DNA of 64,000 nucleotides from Promethearchaeota archaeon (lineage in GTDB: Archaea; Asgardarchaeota; Lokiarchaeia; Sigyniarchaeales; SOKP01): the NCBI GenBank assembly GCA_018238625.1, contig JABCSY010000003.1, forward strand, positions 1,764 through 65,763, given 5' to 3'. The notes under the pieces are model-generated. The model did not search any database and was not told the DNA's origin. It saw nothing but the letters and a program-made list of their open reading frames with translations. A program made the position numbers and the translations under genes. Positions 1-10,263 of this stretch are shown here, piece by piece. Position 1 is the first letter of the stretch. The number at the start of each line of letters is the position of its first letter.

Positions 1-560
1 TGATGACCATCAATTATTGTAATTCCCCTACCACAAGCCTTAATATCTTCTGTTATTATTGGATTTATTCTTGGTAAGGGAGCATTATTTGAAAAAGAAA
101 GTGCGTGTAATTCAAAAAAAGGTTCTGCTTCATCAATTTTTTCAAATCCAGCTTTTTTAAATATCTTAGCATTAGCAAGACCACTACATTTATTTGAAGT
201 CATTGCTACTATTCCACTCTTTCCTTGTTCTTTAGCATCATTAATTGCTTCATTCAAGAGCTTGGTCCCATTCCCTTGATTCTTTGCTTTTCCAGTGATC
301 CAGAGACAATGAATTACCATCCACCCATCAGCTTGAATTCCACGCCAGTTATACTCTCCTGGGATATATTCTATAAATCCACGTGAGTTCTGTTTGCCTT
401 TTTCATTAATCATTAGCATTTTATATTTTAATCCTTCTTTGAAGCGTTTTTTAATCCAATTAACTTTATTTTGATACCCTGCTTGCTTTTTTTGAGACTT
501 TTTGCAGAAGAGTCCATCTAAATCCACATTATCTTCATTTATATCAATTATTTTTGCCAT
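1..560 (-). CDS. GNAT-family N-acetyltransferase (YoaP-like), truncated by the window edge
   Basis: Not in the ORF track. Minus-strand ATG at 560-558, frame open to position 1. Translation MAKIIDINEDNVDLDGLFCKKSQKKQAGYQNKVNWIKKRF...DGWMVIHCLWITGKAKNQGNGTKLLNEAINDAKEQGKSGIVAMT looks like a GNAT acetyl-CoA-binding core. Confidence 0.55.
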   Translation of the reverse strand, partial: MAKIIDINEDNVDLDGLFCKKSQKKQAGYQNKVNWIKKRFKEGLKYKMLMINEKGKQNSRGFIEYIPGEYNWRGIQADGWMVIHCLWITGKAKNQGNGTKLLNEAINDAKEQGKSGIVAMTSNKCSGLANAKIFKKAGFEKIDEAEPFFELHALSFSNNAPLPRINPIITEDIKACGRGITIIDGH

Positions 561-611
561 ATTTTTCACTTTTTTTTTTCAACATTTTTAAAAGAAATTA
601 GAAATATAGAT

Positions 612-1124
612 TTATGTTTCTTCCTCGAAAAATCCTTGTTTTTGCCACCAAATGATTCCATCTTCTAAATATTCAGGCCAATCCTTTAACCATGGTGCGA
701 TATGACAATCTCGGACACGATCGCATATCGGGAAGTATGCCTTTAAGTCAAAAACGGGAGTTCCATTAAACGCGTCGATTCCCCCAATTTTTATTATCCC
801 TTTCTTATCATCTACATCTAAAATGCCACATGTAGTTAGGCCCATTGGATTTGGTCGATATTCCGCTCTTGTGGCAAAGATCCCTGTAGTTGGTGAGCCT
901 TCCGCATATGGAACCTCTATTGCCCAATCGGCAGCATTTCTATATTCTTCTTTATCCATTTCGTGCGCCCACCAGAAAACCATAACATGACTAAATTTAT
1001 CTAATTCTTTTAAGGCCGTTCGATATGGTTCTAGAACATCTATGAAATAATTAGCTTCTATTGGGTCATCCCCTTCAACCCTAATGTAGCCTATCGGTTT
1101 AATTTTATATTCTTTTTCTTTCAT
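612..1124 (-). CDS. TsaA/TrmO-like tRNA methyltransferase (UPF0066 family)
   Basis: 170-aa ORF. Motifs FATRAEYRPNPMGLT and GTPVFDLKAYFP are typical of the YaeB/TsaA/TrmO fold. Confidence 0.7.
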   Translation of the reverse strand: MKEKEYKIKPIGYIRVEGDDPIEANYFIDVLEPYRTALKELDKFSHVMVFWWAHEMDKEEYRNAADWAIEVPYAEGSPTTGIFATRAEYRPNPMGLTTCGILDVDDKKGIIKIGGIDAFNGTPVFDLKAYFPICDRVRDCHIAPWLKDWPEYLEDGIIWWQKQGFFEEET

Positions 1125-1272
1125 ACAATTTTACCATTTTTATTCAGTAGGAAATATTAAATGTACTTAGTATTTAAATTTCTAGGATTTTGTTCATTTT
1201 TTTTAGGCAGATTTTTAAAGGTTAATTTCTTATCCATAATTAAGCCCATACAATTCATATCGATCGAAAAAA

Positions 1273-1797
1273 ATGGAACCAATTATCACAGAAGAGAAAG
1301 TATTCAATCTTCTTGGATGTATTTATTATGGAGATCCATTCCATTCCGCAGCTCCATGGAGCTATGAAAATGAGATAGGACTCTTATGGAAAAGATATGC
1401 GAATCTTGCAAAAACATATAAGAATTTCCTAAATAAAATTAATGTAAATCCAAATGTAGGATATGAAGTCCACATTGAACCTAAAGAATTTCAAGATACT
1501 AAGAACTTTTATGTTTTTGTAGGAATCGAGGTATTTTCGCTCGAATTCGTACCATTAGAGATGATTGTTAAGAAGCTTCCAAAAACGGAGTATTTATTTT
1601 TCACTACTAAAGCAGATGATTTTAAGACTTGTGGTAATATTTATAATGATTGGTTGCCGAGTTCGGAATATGAGCAATCCTATCCTTATATAATTGAAGC
1701 TTATGAACATCCTAGATATAAAGGTCTTACGGATAAAGAATCTGAAATCGATTGGTATATACCTATAAAAAAGAAGAACGAAAGTGATAATGAATGA
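1273..1797 (+). CDS. GyrI-like small-molecule-binding domain protein
   Basis: 174 aa. Pattern of beta-rich segments (EVHIEPKEF..FYVFVGIEV..LPKTEYLFFT..IYNDWLP..YIIEAYE) resembles AraC-effector/GyrI-like domains. Overlaps the next ORF by 4 nt (ATGA). Confidence 0.4.
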   Translation: MEPIITEEKVFNLLGCIYYGDPFHSAAPWSYENEIGLLWKRYANLAKTYKNFLNKINVNPNVGYEVHIEPKEFQDTKNFYVFVGIEVFSLEFVPLEMIVKKLPKTEYLFFTTKADDFKTCGNIYNDWLPSSEYEQSYPYIIEAYEHPRYKGLTDKESEIDWYIPIKKKNESDNE

Positions 1798-2180
1798 TTT
1801 CTGAAAACATATATGACGACTTAATCGAATCTATTGAAGAATCTTTCGAAGAGATTGTCACGATTGCAAAATCTTTAGGAAATGAAAAAAGACTCAAAAT
1901 ATTAATTTTTTTACTAAAGAGAACTCATTCGTTTGGTGCATTAATGAATAAAATAGAGTTAAAAAAAACAGCGCTGTCGAATCATCTATCGCATCTAATA
2001 AACGCTAAATTGATAGAAAAGGTTGACTTTGGCGTTTATAGCATTACTGGAGACGGTATTGAGTTTATGGAAGCTATTAAAAGGGCTTACCATCAATCTC
2101 CAAGTAGAGAAAAAAATAGATTTAAAACATTGCAAACAAGAGCGATTTCTAATTCCTTTTTAAATAGATTTAGTCAATGA
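1794..2180 (+). CDS. ArsR/SmtB-family winged-HTH transcriptional regulator
   Basis: GNEKRLKILIFLLKRTHSFGALMNKIELKKTALSNHLSHLINAKLIEK is a typical ArsR HTH. Translationally coupled to the upstream ORF. Confidence 0.6.
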   Translation: MISENIYDDLIESIEESFEEIVTIAKSLGNEKRLKILIFLLKRTHSFGALMNKIELKKTALSNHLSHLINAKLIEKVDFGVYSITGDGIEFMEAIKRAYHQSPSREKNRFKTLQTRAISNSFLNRFSQ

Positions 2181-2297
2181 GAGCAATTGAAAACACCATG
2201 AAATCATTATTAATAAGATTAGAATTTTTAAAAATAAACCGTTAAGTAATAAACATTATTTCCATTATTTTATTAATATCAAAAAAGTTGGACTAAA

Positions 2298-2783
2298 ATG
2301 GTTATTAAGAAGGGCGATATAATTAAAGTAGAATACGAAGGGCGATTAGAAGATCTAACGATATTCGATAGCACGGAACTTCAAGGAGGGTTACCAATGA
2401 AGTTTGAGGTTGGCGCGGGTTTGTTAATTCGAGGTTTTGATAACGCGATTGTGGGTAAAGAAGTTGGAGATGAATTTACTATTGAGCTTAAAGCTTCTGA
2501 AGCTTATGGTGAGGTCGATCCAGAATTAATTCAAATTATTTCCAGAGATCAACTTCCAAAAGATATTGACCCTGAACCTGGGATGATGTTGAACGCATTT
2601 GATGCTAACGGGGCACAATCTATGATCTGGATTAAGGAAGTCGACGACGAGTTTGTAACGCTTGATATGAACCACCCAATGGCCGGAAAAACGCTAATTT
2701 TTAAAATTAAAATTTTAGAAACAGGTTGCGAACCAGATCCACCTGGTGCTCATGAATGTGGGTGTGGGTGTGAGCACAATTAA
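2298..2783 (+). CDS. FKBP-type peptidyl-prolyl isomerase, SlyD-like with Cys/His-rich tail
   Basis: VEYEGRLEDLTIFDST..FEVGAGLLIRGFDNAIVGKEVGDEF..MNHPMAGKTLIFKIKILE, plus C-terminal HECGCGCEHN. Confidence 0.8.
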   Translation: MVIKKGDIIKVEYEGRLEDLTIFDSTELQGGLPMKFEVGAGLLIRGFDNAIVGKEVGDEFTIELKASEAYGEVDPELIQIISRDQLPKDIDPEPGMMLNAFDANGAQSMIWIKEVDDEFVTLDMNHPMAGKTLIFKIKILETGCEPDPPGAHECGCGCEHN

Positions 2784-2970
2784 AAAGAATATAATTATAC
2801 AACATTTTTATTATTTATTAGAATATAATTTCAACTAATTTTTGCTTTTAGTAATAGTTCCACGAAAAGAAATTAGAAATAATCTTTCTCTTCTTAAAAT
2901 TCAATAAACAATTTTATTTGTTTTAGATAATTTTACTAAATAATAAATTTGCCCACAATAGTAATCAAAG

Positions 2971-4293
2971 ATGAGCTATAAATTTACAAAAGAGGAATTA
3001 GAAGAACTTTTAATTGATTACAATAAAATCGCTTTAAAAGAGCAAAAAGTTGATCTTCCTTCTAAAGTTTGTATCTGGGACGAAACATTGAGAGATGGTG
3101 AGCAAAGTCCTGCTGTTTACCTTACTTTAGACGAAAAAATCCATTTAGCGAAATTAATGGACGAAATAGGAGTAAAATTAATCGCAGTTGGGTTTCCAGC
3201 AGTCTCAAAAACCGAAAAGAAAATAGTTAAGGCGATAGTAAATGAAAATTGTAAACACGCTACCATCCTTGGAATTGCTCGCCCAAAGAAGGAAGATATT
3301 AACGCGTGTATCGATGTAGATCTTAAAGAAATCGTTATTTTCATGCCAATTTCTCCAATCTTTAGAAAAACTTTAAAACAAACACCTGAACAGCAACTAG
3401 AAATAATCGAAGGATCTATTCATTACGCGCAAGATAACGGATTTAAGGTCAATTGGGTTTCAGAAGATGGTACTAGATGCGATTATAATCATTTGATAAA
3501 TGTTTTCAAAACAGCAATAAAAGCTGGGGCAGAAAGGATCGTTCTTGGAGACACAGTAGGAGTTTTAACGCCTCGTTCTACTTCGTATTTGATTAAACAA
3601 ATAAAAAATGAAGTTATAAAACCGCTAAAAAAAGAGATTCCAATGGGTATTCACACGCACAACGATTTTGGTTTAGCGGTTGCTAATACAATTACTGGCG
3701 TGTTTGAAGGATGCACTTATCCGCATACATGTATAAATGGTTACGGTGAAAGAGCAGGAAATGCCGCTTTAGAAGAAGTCGCTACGAATCTTGAACGGAT
3801 AGGTATTAAAACAGGTATAGATTTGACAAAATTACCAGAATTAAGCGAAATTTGCGAAAAATATTTTTGCCAACCATTAGCCTTAAACAAAGCTATCGTT
3901 GGTGAACACGCTTTTAGTCACGAAAGCGGACTTCATATTGCTGCAATTTTGGCACATCCATTAACATATGAACCAATCAACCCACATATAGTAGGTAGAA
4001 GAAGGAAATTCTATTTAGGTAAGTTTTCAGGGTCTAAATCTATACTAAACGCGCTACAAAAAAAAATTAAGGTATTAGATTTAGACATTCCAGAAGAAAT
4101 TATTAAACGAATCGTTTTAGAAGTGAAAAAGAAACACGAGGAAACATCTAAAAAGGAATTAAGAAAGTCGTTTAAGATAATTAAACAAGAATTAGAGAAA
4201 GTTACAAAAGGAGTGGGGGATAAAGAGTTCTTTGAAATTGTAAATAAATACGCTCAACCATACGTTCCTGAGGAATTTAAGCCAAAAACTTAG
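2971..4293 (+). CDS. 2-isopropylmalate / homocitrate / citramalate synthase family enzyme (DRE-TIM aldolase)
   Basis: WDETLRDGEQSP, GIHTHNDFGLAVANT and HESGLH motifs. 440 aa, no obvious LeuA regulatory domain, so the exact substrate is unresolved. Confidence 0.75.
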   Translation: MSYKFTKEELEELLIDYNKIALKEQKVDLPSKVCIWDETLRDGEQSPAVYLTLDEKIHLAKLMDEIGVKLIAVGFPAVSKTEKKIVKAIVNENCKHATILGIARPKKEDINACIDVDLKEIVIFMPISPIFRKTLKQTPEQQLEIIEGSIHYAQDNGFKVNWVSEDGTRCDYNHLINVFKTAIKAGAERIVLGDTVGVLTPRSTSYLIKQIKNEVIKPLKKEIPMGIHTHNDFGLAVANTITGVFEGCTYPHTCINGYGERAGNAALEEVATNLERIGIKTGIDLTKLPELSEICEKYFCQPLALNKAIVGEHAFSHESGLHIAAILAHPLTYEPINPHIVGRRRKFYLGKFSGSKSILNALQKKIKVLDLDIPEEIIKRIVLEVKKKHEETSKKELRKSFKIIKQELEKVTKGVGDKEFFEIVNKYAQPYVPEEFKPKT

Positions 4294-4324
4294 AACTTAT
4301 TGAATATAAACCCTACTTAGCATC

Positions 4325-5671
4325 TTATAGTTGTTTATCAATTTCTCCAATTTTGTTTTTAGTTACCTTCAAATCATTCTTCAGTTGATCAGACCGTTTT
4401 TCGTAAGATTTCTCATCCATTTGTCCTGCTGCATACTTCTTTTCTACAAAATCAAGTAAGTTTCGAACCGAATTAAGTTTACTTTCTAGTCCTTTCTTTT
4501 TGGCTACTAAATCTTTCTTTTTAACTTTCTTTTTAGTATGTGGTTTTGGAGAAGATTTTAATTTATCGGAGACATCGAGTCTTGGCAATCCAATAAAATA
4601 TTCGTCCTCTTTTTCATTTAAACTCTCAGGTCTTCTGGGTAGATCGGTAAGTGGTTCATTTGAGGCTATTAATTCGTCAAAACCATCACTTGTTGTTTGA
4701 GAGTAGCTCTGTTGCTTATTAGATGGGGGACCATTCAATTCCGAAAGTTTAGATTCCGAAGAAGCAACTGTTCTAATTAGTTTATCGATTGTAGTCTTTA
4801 TTGTATCGATTTGATTTTGAAAAATCTTTAGCAAATCGATTAATTCACTTTTATTAGATATTTCCATAGAAAAACTGATGTTCCTTCCATTTATTGCCGA
4901 ACTAATTGGTGGCACTTGGTAATCCATAGTTTGTGTTGTAGAAGATACCTCTTGAGGGGCAATCTCGGGGATAGCACCACTCGAATGCAATTCCATTCTA
5001 TAATCTGAAACTAACCATGAAAAAATATTAAACGCTAAATTGGGATGCTCGTCGTTACCAAAACCTCCTCCAACGCGGTCTCTAAATAGTTCATAACTTC
5101 CTATAGCACATACTCTTCCTTTATCTGGTTCAGCAACACAAATTAAGGGCGTAGAAAAAGGTTCTGAGGTTTCATTTGAGGACACAATAGAAATCGAACT
5201 ACCTACTAACGAAAGCGAGCATCCAGATCTAAAGCACAATGAACTAATACTATTTGTAATTGGATGTGGTGGAATAAATGCTGTAACTATAGGCATATTT
5301 TCCAAGCCTAAATTATAGGTGTTATCTAAAACTTGATCGTTTTCAAATACTATTCCAAATGTTTGACTTAGTTCGCTTAAGTTACTATTTCTTCCTCTAT
5401 CGCCCCCCGCATGTGACATCATCAATAACCCGCCTCCATCTTCTGAAATCCAACTTTTAATTTCAGTTATTTCCATCGAAGAGATTTTTGCAAAATCGGG
5501 GCAAACAAACACTAAAATATCAAAAGACTTTAAAGAATTTCGAGTAATCGGTGCTTCTAAGAAATTGTAACAAACAAAATCGTTTGCATTTAAGAAATCT
5601 CGTAATTCCGTTAGATTCTCGTCTAATTTTCCACGGGGCTTATGAGCCACATCAAACGCTATATTATACAT
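4325..5671 (-). CDS. Hypothetical protein: N-terminal GATase1-like/DUF4350-like domain, Ser/Thr-rich linker, C-terminal Lys-rich coiled coil
   Basis: 448-aa ORF. The N-terminal 220 aa (DILVFVCPDF..GGGLLMMSHAGGD) resemble the GldG/DUF4350 fold. The assignment is weak. Confidence 0.35.
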   Translation of the reverse strand: MYNIAFDVAHKPRGKLDENLTELRDFLNANDFVCYNFLEAPITRNSLKSFDILVFVCPDFAKISSMEITEIKSWISEDGGGLLMMSHAGGDRGRNSNLSELSQTFGIVFENDQVLDNTYNLGLENMPIVTAFIPPHPITNSISSLCFRSGCSLSLVGSSISIVSSNETSEPFSTPLICVAEPDKGRVCAIGSYELFRDRVGGGFGNDEHPNLAFNIFSWLVSDYRMELHSSGAIPEIAPQEVSSTTQTMDYQVPPISSAINGRNISFSMEISNKSELIDLLKIFQNQIDTIKTTIDKLIRTVASSESKLSELNGPPSNKQQSYSQTTSDGFDELIASNEPLTDLPRRPESLNEKEDEYFIGLPRLDVSDKLKSSPKPHTKKKVKKKDLVAKKKGLESKLNSVRNLLDFVEKKYAAGQMDEKSYEKRSDQLKNDLKVTKNKIGEIDKQL

Positions 5672-5731
5672 TTTTTTTTTTATAAAAAAAAAATCTTTTT
5701 TTTGTCATTTAATAAAAAGATTAATCTATTA

Positions 5732-6829
5732 TCAATAAATACTTTTGTCTCCAATAATTAAATTATTTTTAGTAATATTTTCTACTCTTACATTACTTCC
5801 TGTGATTGAACCCTCAGTTATCACATTTTTTAAAGTAGCATTCTTTTCAATAACGCAATTTTCTAAAATGCAATTTTGAATAGTAGAGTCGCAACCAATC
5901 GAAACATATGGTCCAACAACTGAATAAGAAATTTTGGTATTCTTCCCTATATATACAGGCCCTTTTATGAACGACCTTTCAGAAACGATATTTAGCTCTT
6001 GAAAGTCTTCGATATTGACCGATTTTTGAGCTAAAAGATATTTATTACCGTTCAACACTTCAGAAGGTCTTCCAAAATCCAATATTCCTTTTTTAAGCTT
6101 AACTGCTGCGATTTTGAATCCGCTATCGATTAGATCTTGTAGACTTTCGGTTAAATAAACCTCTTTAGAGCCTTCCTCTCTTTTATCTATGTATGTTTTT
6201 AATTTATCAAAGAGAGCTTGTGTTGCAGAGTTAGAAAACGCGTATATACCCGCTATAGCTAAATTGGATACAAACTCTTTTGGTTTTTCAACTAATTTTT
6301 GAATAAGTGAATTATCGTCCACGGCAACAACACCATAAGAGCTTGCATCTTCTTTTGGGACTTCCATTACTGTAATAATACCATCTATGTCAGATTCATA
6401 ATATCGATACATTAAGTAAGAAAATTCATCAATTGGAATCATATCTGCTAAGAAGATTAACGAGCCTTCTCGTTTATCTGCTTCTTTACTTGTGTATTCT
6501 TTTTTTTCAAACCTTGAATTAGCTAAATATACGGCTTCACCTAAGCCCCAATAAAACGGGATGTCGTCATTATAGCCTCTAGGTACCTGCTCGATAAAAG
6601 TTAACCTAAATTTATCGCTATACTTTTGTTTAACGAATTCTGTTATTTGTCTTCTCTTATATCCGACAATTAAAATTAATTCCGTTTTTGAATCAAATGT
6701 ATCGCTAAGTTTATTAAGGATGTGTTCCAACACCGTCTTTCCAGCAACATTCATGAACGTTTTAGGTTTGCTTAGGGTAAATGGGCGTAATCTTGAACCT
6801 ATACCTGCACATGGACCTATAATTTTCAT
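5732..6829 (-). CDS. Sugar-1-phosphate nucleotidylyltransferase with C-terminal left-handed beta-helix
   Basis: N-terminal GPCAGIGSRLRPFTLSKPKTFMNVAGK signature. C-terminal hexapeptide-like repeats (IGCDSTIQNCILENCVIEKNATLKNV). Confidence 0.7.
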   Translation of the reverse strand: MKIIGPCAGIGSRLRPFTLSKPKTFMNVAGKTVLEHILNKLSDTFDSKTELILIVGYKRRQITEFVKQKYSDKFRLTFIEQVPRGYNDDIPFYWGLGEAVYLANSRFEKKEYTSKEADKREGSLIFLADMIPIDEFSYLMYRYYESDIDGIITVMEVPKEDASSYGVVAVDDNSLIQKLVEKPKEFVSNLAIAGIYAFSNSATQALFDKLKTYIDKREEGSKEVYLTESLQDLIDSGFKIAAVKLKKGILDFGRPSEVLNGNKYLLAQKSVNIEDFQELNIVSERSFIKGPVYIGKNTKISYSVVGPYVSIGCDSTIQNCILENCVIEKNATLKNVITEGSITGSNVRVENITKNNLIIGDKSIY

Positions 6830-6884
6830 ATTTTAACTCAAATATTATCTTTTTACTTTATATAGTGTTTTAAATCATTTAATT

Positions 6885-7661
6885 TTAATAAAACTTTGAC
6901 TCATCCGAATCGAAAATTCTTTGTAAATAGCCAAATAATAGATCGAGCCCATATTCTTCCTTATTTGAGCAGGGAATCAACTCTGAAGTGGTGCCTAATT
7001 GAACGAATACGTCTGAAATTAACATAGATAACTCCCTTATCAAACCACTTTCTCTTTCATTAGTGGAATCCTCTAACGCTCGAAAGTCTTGACTCCAATT
7101 AACAATCATATCGATTTGATCTTCGCCTAATAGATCAACTTTGGATAAAACATTAATTTGGGAAATATTTCTAAACCTAAATTGTACTGAGGCTGCTAAA
7201 AGTAGTGTAGAGATGAATCCATTAGGTCTGAGTACTAAGTTTGAATCAAAAAGAAAAGAAACTGCCTTTTGAATCGATCCAAAACCTAAAGAGCTTGCAA
7301 TTAAAGGACCCGTCTCCCTAAAAGCAAACAGTTCGAGCTGTCCCGCAGTATCTACAAATACCCAATCTGGATTGTATTCGTCAATTTCGTACTTTAAATC
7401 GTCTAGGAAGTTAACCATTAAATCAGAGGCTAAGATCATGGCTCCATTTGGCCCCAATCCGTATTCAGCCATTACTTCTTCGAGAACGATGAAGTCTCTT
7501 ACATCTATATCGGGAGTATAGGGCATTCTTTTAACGCCAGGGTCCAAGTTTAAAGTAATAGCCGAAATCTCAGGATTTCTTTTAAGAACGTAATCTTTAA
7601 ATAATCCTGTTAAAGTGGATTTACCGCTTCCAGCGGTACCAATAAAGTAGTTTAGTAACAT
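6885..7661 (-). CDS. GPN-loop GTPase
   Basis: P-loop GTAGSGKST, the diagnostic GPNGAM motif, DTAGQLE, and NVLSKVD (NKxD-like). Confidence 0.8.
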   Translation of the reverse strand: MLLNYFIGTAGSGKSTLTGLFKDYVLKRNPEISAITLNLDPGVKRMPYTPDIDVRDFIVLEEVMAEYGLGPNGAMILASDLMVNFLDDLKYEIDEYNPDWVFVDTAGQLELFAFRETGPLIASSLGFGSIQKAVSFLFDSNLVLRPNGFISTLLLAASVQFRFRNISQINVLSKVDLLGEDQIDMIVNWSQDFRALEDSTNERESGLIRELSMLISDVFVQLGTTSELIPCSNKEEYGLDLLFGYLQRIFDSDESKFY

Positions 7662-7813
7662 GACGGAAATTTTACCTCAATTAAGTTTTCTTTCCTCATT
7701 AGTATTTAAATAATCGAAGATAATTAAAGATTCATAATAAAACTAATAATGAACGCTAAGAATGAATATTAGGGATAGAGTTAAAAAAAGTGAGTTCCGT
7801 ATTCATTTATAGC

Positions 7814-8812
7814 TTATTTTGGTTTATTTAATTTTTTCAATTTGACTTTTTTTTCTTTTTGTTCTTTTTGTTCTTGCTTTTTTCTAAATCTTTCAATTTG
7901 ATTGTTGATTGTGATTTCTTCCTTTTTCTTTAATTCCTCATCATTCAATACGATAGCTTTGAGTTCATCCTCGCTCATTGGTTTTAAAATATCTGTGACA
8001 CTAAATCCATTGTTTTTCTCTGTAATTTCTTTGAATTTTGTTTTCATTTCTTTCATCACTAAAAGTTTAGCTGATGATCCTCGGCCTTGTATCAATGACG
8101 ATATTTCGACTCTTTTAATTCTTTCGATACCAGCCCCAGGGATTCTTTGGGGCGTGCGTACTGGTGGTCCATATGATATGGGGTTAACCGGCATATTTTG
8201 CATGGTTAAGGACAGATTTTTTAAATGTAGCTCTATATTTTTTAAAGTCTCGTTGCTCTCTTTCATCATTGAAATTACTGATTGATCCCCTGAAACACTC
8301 TCAATACTATTTTTTTCGTAGATTATAGTTCTTTCTTCTTTATTTTGGTTGTAATCCGTCTTAATCGATTGCACTACTCTTTCTTGAGTGACTTTTCTTT
8401 TTTGACCTCTGCCTAAACTTAAATCTATAAATTGAAAACCATCGTAGCACTCGTCGTTAATTCCAATGTCTAATATGTTAAATTTCTCTGAAAATATATA
8501 CTCGATTCGGTCCCCAGAATTTAGATATATCGTTAATTTTAAAACTTTAATCTGGATATCTGTATAACCTTGAATTTCATCTAATTCAATTGTAAAACAT
8601 AGAAGCTCGTTTGAGTGATAAATTTTTTTTATCGAAATCAGCGATGGAGATTGCTTGTAATAAATCTCTTGTCTAACAACCTTAGATATTTCAAACTGGA
8701 AATTCAACCTTTTAATCTTATCTGGAAGAAATTGAACTTGCTCTTCATCGTTTTTTTTAAATTCTAAAAACAGTTTCCTTTGATCGTCCCAAAAGACTTG
8801 GAACAATTCCAT
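7814..8812 (-). CDS. Hypothetical protein with Lys/Glu-rich C-terminal tail
   Basis: 332-aa ORF with no recognisable motif. The antisense ORF 7902-8285 is judged a shadow. Confidence 0.4.
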   Translation of the reverse strand: MELFQVFWDDQRKLFLEFKKNDEEQVQFLPDKIKRLNFQFEISKVVRQEIYYKQSPSLISIKKIYHSNELLCFTIELDEIQGYTDIQIKVLKLTIYLNSGDRIEYIFSEKFNILDIGINDECYDGFQFIDLSLGRGQKRKVTQERVVQSIKTDYNQNKEERTIIYEKNSIESVSGDQSVISMMKESNETLKNIELHLKNLSLTMQNMPVNPISYGPPVRTPQRIPGAGIERIKRVEISSLIQGRGSSAKLLVMKEMKTKFKEITEKNNGFSVTDILKPMSEDELKAIVLNDEELKKKEEITINNQIERFRKKQEQKEQKEKKVKLKKLNKPK

Positions 8813-8978
8813 TTTTGCTTATAACCCTTAGTTTTTATCGTTAATTTTTTCAATCGATCTGCTTATGTCTAAAATTTAATCTATCCTTTAAAATATCTCG
8901 ACTTCACCAAATTATTGATTTTTAAGGGACATATTTGTTGAATAGATGAAGATTCCTTGATAAAAAGAAGATTAAAAA

Positions 8979-9365
8979 TTAGTTTAATTTAAGTTTGGAA
9001 AAATAATATACTGGCTTTTTTAGTTTAACTTGAAAATATTCGATTTCTTCTTTTGATTGATCCCCGATATATTTATTGACATCAAGTACTAAAATTGCGT
9101 CTTGATCGCGTAGTTTCCTTAAAGCAACCTCTTGGAGATCGTCCCATTCTTCCACTGAAAACCTTTCTTTATTTAATAATCCGTCAACTGAACAGATTTC
9201 GACAAGTTTTTTATATTTAATTTGTAAAATTGACTCGATCTTAATAAAATAATCCTTAAATCGAATGGAACCTACCAAAAAGATTTTATTTTCTTTTATT
9301 TTTGAAAAATCGTAATCTTGGAACTCATTCAAGAAATTCTTATTTAACCGTTCTTTTTTTATCAT
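8979..9365 (-). CDS. Small hypothetical protein, possibly nucleoside 2-deoxyribosyltransferase-like (Rossmann-like)
   Basis: KIFLVGSIRF...DQDAILVLDVNKYIGDQSKEEIEYFQVKLKKPVYYF resembles the NDT/DUF4406 pattern. Weak. Confidence 0.3.
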   Translation of the reverse strand: MIKKERLNKNFLNEFQDYDFSKIKENKIFLVGSIRFKDYFIKIESILQIKYKKLVEICSVDGLLNKERFSVEEWDDLQEVALRKLRDQDAILVLDVNKYIGDQSKEEIEYFQVKLKKPVYYFSKLKLN

Positions 9366-9400
9366 AATTGTATTAACATTTATTCCTATTTAATTCTCGC

Positions 9401-10210
9401 ATGAAGTTAAATATTGTCTATCTCGCAGAAAACTTAGAATTTATGAGAAAACTGGATTCAGAAGTAATCGATCTTATCTATATCGATCCTCCTTTTTACA
9501 GTGGCGTCGATTACAAGGATTTCTCTGATTTATGGAGATCGCTAGATGACTATTTAGATTTTATGAAATTAAGAATAAAAGAATTGTATCGTATCCTTAA
9601 AAAAACAGGTAGTTTTTACTTACATTGCGATACAAACGCAAAATTTGACTTGAAACCTATTTGTGATGACGTTTTTGGACGAAAAAGTTTTCGAAGAGAA
9701 ATCATCTGGAATGTGGGAAGCGTTTCGGGATTTAAAAGTCAAGTAAACGGTTGGGTACGCCAACACGATACAATAATGTATTACACTAAGTCACCAATTT
9801 TCACTTTTAATAAACAATATTTACCATATCGAGAAGAATACATTAAAAAAATGTTTAGATACAAAGACGAAAACGGACGATTGTATCGAAAACGCCGAGA
9901 AGGTAAACAATACTTGGACGAAAGACCCGGAACACTAGTTGGTGACGTGTGGAACGATATTTATTCTTTTCAAACGACTACGAGATCGAAGGAATATTTA
10001 GGTTATCCTACTCAAAAACCCGAAAAATTACTCGAACGTATAATTTTAGCGTCTTCAAATGAAGGAGATATCGTTGCTGATTTTTTCTGCGGCTCTGGAA
10101 CAACTCTATCAGTTGCCAATAAGCTAAATAGAAAATGGATTGGTGTTGATATCAATCAGAATGCCATCGAATTGTGTAAAGAAAGGCTAAATTTAAACTT
10201 AAAAACCTAA
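9401..10210 (+). CDS. Beta-class N6-adenine/N4-cytosine DNA methyltransferase
   Basis: Motif IV DLIYIDPPF precedes motif I FFCGSGTT, the circular permutation typical of beta-class amino-methyltransferases. Confidence 0.8.
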   Translation: MKLNIVYLAENLEFMRKLDSEVIDLIYIDPPFYSGVDYKDFSDLWRSLDDYLDFMKLRIKELYRILKKTGSFYLHCDTNAKFDLKPICDDVFGRKSFRREIIWNVGSVSGFKSQVNGWVRQHDTIMYYTKSPIFTFNKQYLPYREEYIKKMFRYKDENGRLYRKRREGKQYLDERPGTLVGDVWNDIYSFQTTTRSKEYLGYPTQKPEKLLERIILASSNEGDIVADFFCGSGTTLSVANKLNRKWIGVDINQNAIELCKERLNLNLKT

Positions 10211-10263
10211 ATACAAATGTTTTTATTCAATTTTATTCACTTTAACATAAAATTAAACAACAA

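Noticed and set aside
1161-1367. 68-aa plus-strand ORF upstream of and overlapping the GyrI-like gene.
   Set aside because: It is in a different frame from the 174-aa ORF and overlaps its start, is hydrophobic and low-complexity, and has no motif. The 1273 ATG ORF is preferred.
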